DNA from: Candidatus Woesearchaeota archaeon
GTDB lineage: Archaea; Nanobdellota; Nanobdellia; Woesearchaeales; GW2011-AR4
Reading direction: 5' to 3'
Assembly: GCA_016177615.1 (NCBI GenBank)
Contig: JACOUX010000012.1
Span: 17,104 to 81,103 of the forward strand
DNA length: 64,000 bases
Shown piece after piece: positions 34,760-41,388 of the stretch (positions are counted from its first letter, which is position 1; each line of letters starts with the position of its first letter). Under the pieces are notes generated by a model. That model saw nothing but the letters and a program-made list of their open reading frames with translations. It made no database searches and was not told the DNA's origin. The position numbers and the translations under genes are program-made.

Positions 34760-37700
34760 TTGGTATTTAAGAGATATATAAAAAAGCACGGCAAAAAGCT
34801 AGGGCCATACTACTACGAGAACGTCAGGGGTCATGACGGCAAAGTAAAATCTATTTATCTTGGGGTAAACCCGAATCACCATGTTAAGCATAAAGTCAGG
34901 AAGCCGTTGTTTTTTGTAATCCTAATTCTGGTATTGATCTTGATATTGGGCTCTGTTCTTTTTGTAATGCAAAATAAATCTTATCTCTTCAGTAAGGCAA
35001 GCGCACAGGAGCCGGATTTTGACATTGACCAGATCCTGCTGAAAGTGCTTGTAAGGAGCGGTGAATTCATAGATAAGCAGATAAGAATCATGAACACAGG
35101 AAATGAGCTTTCCAGCATAAAAGTCGAAGTTTCGGGCTTGTCTGATATAGTGAAGATTGATGATTCTTCCTTCTCCCTAAAACCCGGGCAGACTAAGGTT
35201 ATAAGCCTGAATTTCTCATCTTACCTGCCGCAGGACAAGATTGAGCAGCAGCCAGGAGTTTACATTGGCAAATTGATTGTTTCATCTGACAAGGCATCAA
35301 AGGAAATTCCGATAATCGCCGAGATTGAAACAAAGAACGTGCTTTTTGACATGAACTTGAATCCTGTTGCAATTGAGAGAAAGGTAAAGCAGGGCTCAGA
35401 CACAACAATTGAGGTGCGCCTTTTTAACCTGGAAAGTATAGAGTCCCAGAATGTTGATGTGGAATATTTTGTCAAAGACATCAACGGCAATACCATAGTT
35501 TCAGAAAGCGAAACTGTCGTTGTAAAAACCCAGGCATCCTTTTTCAAGACTCTTTCCATTCCAAAAAACCTGAAGCCGGGCCCATATATTTTTGCGGCAA
35601 TCACAAAATTCGGCAAATCAGTAGGGACTTCAAGCTATATGTTTGAGGTAATCGGGCCTGAGGAGAAGGGTTTCCTCCAGTTCTGCAAGAGCAGCATACT
35701 GTGCATGGGAATATCATTTACAACAATACTGCTGATGTTCGCATTGATGGCCTACCTATATTTCTTCTTTGGAGCCTATCTTTACGAAAAGTTCACTGGA
35801 GCGACAGCAAAAAAACCGAAGCCGAAAAGATTTGTGGATTATAAATTTAGGGAAGATGCAGCCGAACAAAGGGCAGGCTTCTTTAATAGGGTCCAAGACA
35901 GGATTGATCTGTGGAAAGAAAAGAGAAGGCAAAGAAGGGCTGAGAAGGACAAGCTGGAAATCAAGAAAGAATTGGAGCAGCTTAAAAGGCAAAGAAGGTT
36001 GGAGATTGAAAGGAAAAAGAGTGCATTAGAAGAGGAAAGAATAAGGCAGGAAGCATTAAGAAAGCTTGAAGAAGAGCAAAGGAAAAAGCAGCTGCAGGAT
36101 GCAAGGCTAAAGCTGCTGGAGCTTAGAAGGCAGGAAGAGCTCAGGAAAAAAGAGGAGCTGGAGAGAAAAAAAGCAGAAGAGGAAGAGGCAAAGCAGGAGC
36201 TTGAGGAGAAAAAGCTCAGGGAGATCGAGGAAAAACAAAAAGAGGAAGAAAAAAGGCAGAAGCGCCAGAAAAGAAAAAAGAAAATCAAAGACTTTTTGCG
36301 CAGGATTAGCCTTTACAAGGCTCCTGAAGAAAAAAAGCAGGCAGCATTGCAGAAAGAGAAAGAAAGGCTGGAAAGCCTGAAGAGGGAAAATGAGCTGCAG
36401 AGGCAAAGAAAGGCTGGACGAATTAAAATTGCCTTGAAGAAGTCAAAAAATCTCGATAAATTCCAATCCATATTAAGCGAAGCAAAAAAAGCTGTAGAAA
36501 CAGAAAATATTTCAAGGCTAGACAGGATTTATTTGAAGGCAAGCGAGCTCTATACGGCTTTGGATAACCGGGAAAAACAGTCGGTTTATGCTGACTTGAT
36601 GAAGCTATACGAGCAAAGAAACAGGCTTGCTAGGCAGCAGAAGATTGAGGAAGAGCTTCAAAAGAAAGAAGATGTGAAAAATAGAAAGGATGAAGAGGAA
36701 AGAAAAAAGCAGGAAGAAAGGTTGAAGAAGCAGGAAAAGCTTGAGAGAGCAAAGTTATGGAAAAAAAGGCGGGGAAAAGCCAAGGCATTCTTGCACAGGT
36801 TTGGCCTGTATAAGACTCCTGAAGAAAAAAAGCAGGCAGCATTGCAGAAAGAGAAAGAAAGGCTGGAAAGCCTGAAGAGGGAAAATGAGCTGCAGAGGCA
36901 AAAAGAGGCTGAGGAGAAAAGAAAGAAGGAAGAGGAGAGAAAAGAGCTAAAGGATGAAAAAGAAAGCAAGAAAAGGGAAGCAAGAAAACTGGAAGAGCAG
37001 AAAAAGCTGGCTTTGGAGGAGGAAAAGGGAAAGAGGGATGATATTGAAAGGGAGAAAAAGCAGAGAGAGCGAGAGGAGAAGCAAAAGGAATCACAAAGGC
37101 TGGCTGAAGAAAAGGCAAAAGCCATGCAGCTCGAGATTTCCAAGGAGATTGGGTCAAGGCTGGAAAAGAATAGGGCAGATAAAGAAATCCTTAGAAAAAA
37201 GCTGGAGGGGATTGAGGCTGACGAAAAATTATACGGCAGCAAATTTGGAGAGATTGAAGACAGGCTTGAAGGGATAGAACACGATATTATAACAAAGTCA
37301 AAAGCTCACAGCGACCTGAAGCTGCAGAAAAGCTCTTTGCTTGAAAAGCGCAATGCGCAAATTAAAGAATTTGAAAACAGGCTCAAAGAGGAAAAAAAGG
37401 CAATAAGCGCAAAAATCAAACAGGCAAAGGAAATGCTGGCCGAGAAAGAAATTGGTTTGATGAAAAAAGCCGAGGAGGAACTGGAAAAACTGGGCCCTGA
37501 AAAAAGGAAAACCTCGGAAAAATGGAAAAGGATGGAGGTCAGGGCAAAAATAAAGCTGGAAGAGCAGGCCTTGAAAGACGAGCTGAAGGTTGATGAGGGA
37601 AAAGAAGAGGACGAAACCAAAAAGTCAGAGGGTGAATACAAAAAAGCCGTCAAGGAACTGAACAGCAGGTTAAGCGGATTAAGGCAGGAGCTTGAAGAGC

Positions 37701-38080
37701 TAAAGAGCCGGAAAGAGCACTTGCTTGTTGAAAAGAAGCATTTGCCGGATATGCATTCCAGTATGGAAAGAAATGCTAAAAATATAAAAAATGAGATTTT
37801 AGCGCTTGATGCAGAGCATGAAAAGCTTGAATCAGAGCTGAAAAAATCCAAGCCAGCAACATTTGGGCTCTTTACCAAATTCAGGAAGCTAAAAAGCGGC
37901 AAAAGCATAGACAAATTCCGCGCAGCGCTTGAGGGAGCGCTTGAAGCGATAAAGAAGAATGACGTGCAAAAAGCAAAACAACTTTACATGGAAGCAAGAA
38001 ATATTTATGTTGATATGGAATATGATGAAAAGAAGGAAGTTTACAGCGACCTTATGGAGGTTTATAACAAGCTGCTGTGA
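34760..38080 (+). CDS. Giant bitopic membrane protein: N-terminal basic motif, TM1, two beta-sandwich-like ectodomains, TM2, ~750-aa K/E/R-rich coiled coil
   Basis: TTG start, forced by an in-frame TGA at 34751, with a GGGGTGA SD-like element 7 nt upstream. TM helices at aa ~50-70 and ~312-342. Contains internal repeats. I cannot name a family. Confidence 0.6.
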   Translation: MVFKRYIKKHGKKLGPYYYENVRGHDGKVKSIYLGVNPNHHVKHKVRKPLFFVILILVLILILGSVLFVMQNKSYLFSKASAQEPDFDIDQILLKVLVRSGEFIDKQIRIMNTGNELSSIKVEVSGLSDIVKIDDSSFSLKPGQTKVISLNFSSYLPQDKIEQQPGVYIGKLIVSSDKASKEIPIIAEIETKNVLFDMNLNPVAIERKVKQGSDTTIEVRLFNLESIESQNVDVEYFVKDINGNTIVSESETVVVKTQASFFKTLSIPKNLKPGPYIFAAITKFGKSVGTSSYMFEVIGPEEKGFLQFCKSSILCMGISFTTILLMFALMAYLYFFFGAYLYEKFTGATAKKPKPKRFVDYKFREDAAEQRAGFFNRVQDRIDLWKEKRRQRRAEKDKLEIKKELEQLKRQRRLEIERKKSALEEERIRQEALRKLEEEQRKKQLQDARLKLLELRRQEELRKKEELERKKAEEEEAKQELEEKKLREIEEKQKEEEKRQKRQKRKKKIKDFLRRISLYKAPEEKKQAALQKEKERLESLKRENELQRQRKAGRIKIALKKSKNLDKFQSILSEAKKAVETENISRLDRIYLKASELYTALDNREKQSVYADLMKLYEQRNRLARQQKIEEELQKKEDVKNRKDEEERKKQEERLKKQEKLERAKLWKKRRGKAKAFLHRFGLYKTPEEKKQAALQKEKERLESLKRENELQRQKEAEEKRKKEEERKELKDEKESKKREARKLEEQKKLALEEEKGKRDDIEREKKQREREEKQKESQRLAEEKAKAMQLEISKEIGSRLEKNRADKEILRKKLEGIEADEKLYGSKFGEIEDRLEGIEHDIITKSKAHSDLKLQKSSLLEKRNAQIKEFENRLKEEKKAISAKIKQAKEMLAEKEIGLMKKAEEELEKLGPEKRKTSEKWKRMEVRAKIKLEEQALKDELKVDEGKEEDETKKSEGEYKKAVKELNSRLSGLRQELEELKSRKEHLLVEKKHLPDMHSSMERNAKNIKNEILALDAEHEKLESELKKSKPATFGLFTKFRKLKSGKSIDKFRAALEGALEAIKKNDVQKAKQLYMEARNIYVDMEYDEKKEVYSDLMEVYNKLL
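36321..36407 (+). repeat. 87-bp perfect intragenic direct repeat, copy 1
   Basis: Identical to 36816-36902 at a 495-bp (165-codon, in-frame) offset. Encodes PEEKKQAALQKEKERLESLKRENELQRQ. Confidence 0.9.
36816..36902 (+). repeat. 87-bp perfect intragenic direct repeat, copy 2
   Basis: See copy 1. Confidence 0.9.
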
Positions 38081-38299
38081 TTACCTTAATGTATCCTCAA
38101 TAGGCCTTTTTGCATTGGCTTTTTGCGATTCTTTCTGAAGGTCAACTCCCAGGTCCTGCAGGCTCTTGATGTGCATTTGCATAAGCTGCTCTACAATTGA
38201 AAGTATCTTTAGCATCTCTTCCCTTTCCTTTGCAAGCGTTGTCAATGCGCCTTTGTGAAACCCGACCTGCTCGTCCTTGCTTATCTTGTCTTTTGGCAT
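38081..38299 (-). CDS. Small helical hypothetical protein
   Basis: A 72-75 aa heptad-like sequence. ATG at 38299 (MPKDK) lies ~27 nt from a TATATAAA box. Confidence 0.4.
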   Translation of the reverse strand: MPKDKISKDEQVGFHKGALTTLAKEREEMLKILSIVEQLMQMHIKSLQDLGVDLQKESQKANAKRPIEDTLR

Positions 38300-38322
38300 T
38301 GTGCGCAAAAAAAATGCATCAG

Positions 38323-38343
38323 TATATAAACATTTTTAAAATA
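38323..38343. promoter_or_regulatory. Back-to-back TATA-like boxes for divergent genes
   Basis: TATATAAA lies ~27 nt from the minus-strand ATG at 38299. TTTTAAAATA lies ~24 nt from the plus-strand ATG at 38362. Confidence 0.4.
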
Positions 38344-38361
38344 GGGCATTGTCAGCAGCTT

Positions 38362-39267
38362 ATGACGCAGGTATTAGGAATTGTAAAAGAAGGCAAGCTG
38401 ATTCCGGAAGAACTATGGATGAAGCTGATAAGCGGTATTGAAAATGAATTTGACTCGCTTGAGACAAACAATGAGCGGGCAAAGAGGGAGCTTGCAGAGG
38501 CAATAGTCCAAGCGATTAAAAAAAGAATTGTTCCAAAATTCGGCATTCTTTTTTCAGGAGGAGTGGACAGCGCCCTTATAGCATTTGTCGCAAAGCAGCT
38601 TAAGTGCAACTTCACCTGCTATACAGTCGGCATAGGGGGGTCTGACGATATTGCATGGGCGCAGAAAGCCGCGAATGAGTACGGATTTAATTTCAAATTC
38701 AGGATATTAAGCCTTCCTGAGCTAGAGAATGCCGTGAAAGAGGTTGTGAAAATATTGAATGATCCTGATATTATAAAAGTCAGCGTCGGGTCTGTCCTTT
38801 ATGTTGCCGGAAAGATGGCGCTTGCAGACGGGAATAATATAGTGTTCGGCGGCATTGGAAGCGAGGAGATATTTGCAGGATACCAAAGGCACGAGGAAGC
38901 GCTTGGAAAGAATAATTTTGAGGCGCTGCACAGGGAATGCTGGAATGGCCTGAAGAAAATGTGGGCAAGGGACTTGGCAAGGGACTTTGCGATTGCCAAA
39001 AAGCTAGGGCTTGACTTGAGAACTCCTTTTCTTGACAAAGATGTTATAAAGGTTGCAATGAATATCCATCCTATGTACAAACTTGATAAGGAAAATAAGA
39101 AGATAATTTTAAGGGAATCTGCCGAGCTTATAGGGCTGAAGAAGGAATTCGTATGGAGAAAAAAGCAGGCCGCGCAGTACGGGAGCAATTTTGTGAACGG
39201 GATTGAAAAGCTGGCAAAGCAGAACGGATTCAAGTACAAGAAGGATTATTTGCAGAGCTTGATTTGA
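38362..39267 (+). CDS. PP-loop ATP pyrophosphatase, asparagine-synthetase-B C-terminal-domain-like (no glutaminase domain)
   Basis: PP-loop FGILFSGGVDSALIAFVAKQL. I prefer the start at 38362 because an A/T box lies ~24 nt upstream. The track start 38197 overlaps the divergent gene. Confidence 0.7.
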   Translation: MTQVLGIVKEGKLIPEELWMKLISGIENEFDSLETNNERAKRELAEAIVQAIKKRIVPKFGILFSGGVDSALIAFVAKQLKCNFTCYTVGIGGSDDIAWAQKAANEYGFNFKFRILSLPELENAVKEVVKILNDPDIIKVSVGSVLYVAGKMALADGNNIVFGGIGSEEIFAGYQRHEEALGKNNFEALHRECWNGLKKMWARDLARDFAIAKKLGLDLRTPFLDKDVIKVAMNIHPMYKLDKENKKIILRESAELIGLKKEFVWRKKQAAQYGSNFVNGIEKLAKQNGFKYKKDYLQSLI

Positions 39268-39328
39268 AAAATGAATTTATTTTTAAATTTTGAATTTTAT
39301 TGAAAAAATTGAATTGATGGAATAAAAA

Positions 39329-39748
39329 ATGCAATACACCTTCCATGCATACGGCCATCCTGACATTCTCGGGACCCATAAAACAACACTGGAGTTCACG
39401 AAAGAAAAAGAGGTTACCCTGAATGGGAACTGCATCATCGGAGTTTGTGCAGATTTTGATTTTGATAAGCTGACGGAATTTATTAAAAAGGCCAGATCCA
39501 CAAAGATAACAATAAATGTCCATACAAGAGATAAAAAAATAAAAGAAATGATAAATGCAGAATTGAATCTGGATTTCAGCCATAACGAAGAGATTGTAAT
39601 AAGAAAGACTAATTTTATTTCTCAGAGGACTTTAGCAATAAAAGCAAACAAGGCTGCATTTGATTTAAACAGGCAGTTAATTGAGTTTTTAAAAGAAAAA
39701 CAGAATGTGATAGGTGTTGTAATGGTTTCTGAACGCCAATTTGAATGA
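39329..39748 (+). CDS. Conserved archaeal hypothetical protein (DUF371-like)
   Basis: A ~139-aa protein with HGHPDILGTHKTTLEFTKEKEVTLNGNCIIGV, which resembles my recollection of the DUF371 family. Confidence 0.5.
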   Translation: MQYTFHAYGHPDILGTHKTTLEFTKEKEVTLNGNCIIGVCADFDFDKLTEFIKKARSTKITINVHTRDKKIKEMINAELNLDFSHNEEIVIRKTNFISQRTLAIKANKAAFDLNRQLIEFLKEKQNVIGVVMVSERQFE

Positions 39749-39814
39749 TTGAACTTGATTAAAGCAACAGAGTCTCTGGCTTTTTATTCGGTCACGAGCT
39801 TTCGAGACGCATAG

Positions 39815-39824
39815 TTTTTTAAAT
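39815..39824 (+). promoter_or_regulatory. Candidate TATA-like box for the 39936-44312 cassette (would give a ~90-nt leader)
   Basis: TTTTTTAAAT follows a T-run after the DUF371 stop. Two strong SD-like elements lie downstream. Confidence 0.3.
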
Positions 39825-39935
39825 GAAGACCTCGTATATGGTCCGTTGGGTACTGGTCTGTTCTGTACAAAAAAGGAGGTGAAACTTATAGATTTGAGCC
39901 TGCATATGTAAGGCTTTAGGAGGAACGTAAAGGTC

Positions 39936-41369
39936 ATGGAGTTATTCGGATTTAGAAGCAGTTTGCCGCAGGATTATGAAGAGAAAGCTGCTCTTGGGAT
40001 TGTTGTTGAAAATGGAATTATTTCTAGGAATACGCCACAGCCGTCCCATATAGCAAAAGTATTAGGAGAGCCTGCTGTCGATTCATATTACTTTATGCAT
40101 GCCTTGTTTCATGCCTTGGAAGGCGGGTTTGGAAGAAACAGGGGCTTTTTTGACTACGCCAGAAGGGACCACATAGCCATACAAAAGCACTCATTCAGCG
40201 CAGCGTTCAAGCCATATTACAGGCTTAACCGTAAACCATTTCCATCAAGGTATGTGCTTACAACAAGAGGGGTTGTAGGCAATCTGATACATGATATTCC
40301 AGAAGAGCACGGCCAAACACCTATTGGAGCTCTGATAGACATAGCCATAATACGGTATCTGCTTGGGGATACTGCCGGGACTGACGCAGATTTGCATACA
40401 AAGCATGGAATTTTAATTGTGGATTCAATAGAAGATAGGCTCAAGGAATTCAGCCCAATCAATCACGAAAATGTCTCTAAGCTTTTGGATACACAGCGGG
40501 GTAAAGTAGATGTTAAGCAAGGTAGCGTCCGTTATCATTACAATCAAGTATTGGGTTCGTTGCTTAAGTTTAAGGATTACGTTGAATTGAATGTAAATCC
40601 CAAAACTGAAGGCGTGCCGTCTCCGCAAAGCATGCCGCCTCAGGAAAAAAAACTGTTAATGGATATCATAATGAAATTATACAGCGGCGTGAATATGCAA
40701 ATGAAAGCCCGAGAATTGCCGGATGCCGCAAGTTTGAAATGCACTTTAACTAAAAATTATGATGAGATATTAGATTTGATGGCAAGACATGACTACATAC
40801 CTGTTGATGAAAGCCTTCTCTTGAAAAGGGATCCGGTGTTTTTATTGACGCTTAAAAAAACGCTTTATTACGCTTCATTAAGAAAAATGGCGAAAAAGGC
40901 CATGGAAGACGCGAAGCTTGCATTAGCAGGATGCCAGGTCATCGAGGATTCTTACGATTCTACAATGGTACAGTCTATTTCAGAATCCATCGGAACTATC
41001 GCTACCATGGATGTCAATAATCTCCATCATGCAACAAGCATTTACAGAAAGGCAAGAGGAAAAATAAATGTTGGCATCGAATTAGTTAAGGAGTTAAGCG
41101 GGCTAGGGGTGCCATATGAAACATTGAGGCTTGCTGTTGACTATGAGTACAGGACTCTAGAAGACAGGATAAAAAGCAGCATTAGTACATTCAGGAGAGA
41201 TGCTAAAGGAGAAACTGATTGGAACATTTATCTTAATGCTTTTTCCTTAATGAGCAAGAAACTGAAAAAGATGAGGTCTGATGTAAAACGGATGAAACAT
41301 CTTAGCACTGGGGGGCCATCACGAAAAAGAGTTCGTGGAATAATCACAAGAATGTCACAATTCCTATGA
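39936..41369 (+). CDS. Hypothetical protein; the N-terminal ~180 aa carry SpoT/Rel-hydrolase (HD)-like motifs, the rest is helical and unknown
   Basis: ATG preceded by AGGAGG. Motifs are H79/H85 ... LIHDIPEEHG (117-126) ... IEDRLKEF (165-172), colinear with H...HDxxED...ADRxHN of RSH hydrolase domains. Confidence 0.55.
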   Translation: MELFGFRSSLPQDYEEKAALGIVVENGIISRNTPQPSHIAKVLGEPAVDSYYFMHALFHALEGGFGRNRGFFDYARRDHIAIQKHSFSAAFKPYYRLNRKPFPSRYVLTTRGVVGNLIHDIPEEHGQTPIGALIDIAIIRYLLGDTAGTDADLHTKHGILIVDSIEDRLKEFSPINHENVSKLLDTQRGKVDVKQGSVRYHYNQVLGSLLKFKDYVELNVNPKTEGVPSPQSMPPQEKKLLMDIIMKLYSGVNMQMKARELPDAASLKCTLTKNYDEILDLMARHDYIPVDESLLLKRDPVFLLTLKKTLYYASLRKMAKKAMEDAKLALAGCQVIEDSYDSTMVQSISESIGTIATMDVNNLHHATSIYRKARGKINVGIELVKELSGLGVPYETLRLAVDYEYRTLEDRIKSSISTFRRDAKGETDWNIYLNAFSLMSKKLKKMRSDVKRMKHLSTGGPSRKRVRGIITRMSQFL

Positions 41370-41388
41370 TTTGAGGAGCTTTAAAAAA

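Noticed and set aside
35839-37914. Several long minus-strand ORFs (35839-36288, 36107-36406, 36630-37157, 36658-37242, 37306-37914) antisense to the coiled-coil gene.
   Set aside because: Their translations are S/F/L/C-rich low complexity. They are the mirror image of the purine-rich AAG/GAA coding strand. They have no start context or motifs and overlap a far longer coherent ORF.
34694-38080. Possibility that TGA 34751 is a sense codon (alternative genetic code or selenocysteine) extending the giant ORF.
   Set aside because: TGA clearly terminates conserved genes in this window, for example pheT at 896-898, the ABC ATPase at 3256-3258, and many ATGA overlaps in the r-protein operon. I see no evidence for Sec machinery or a SECIS element. 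I kept it only as a low-interest uORF or readthrough note.
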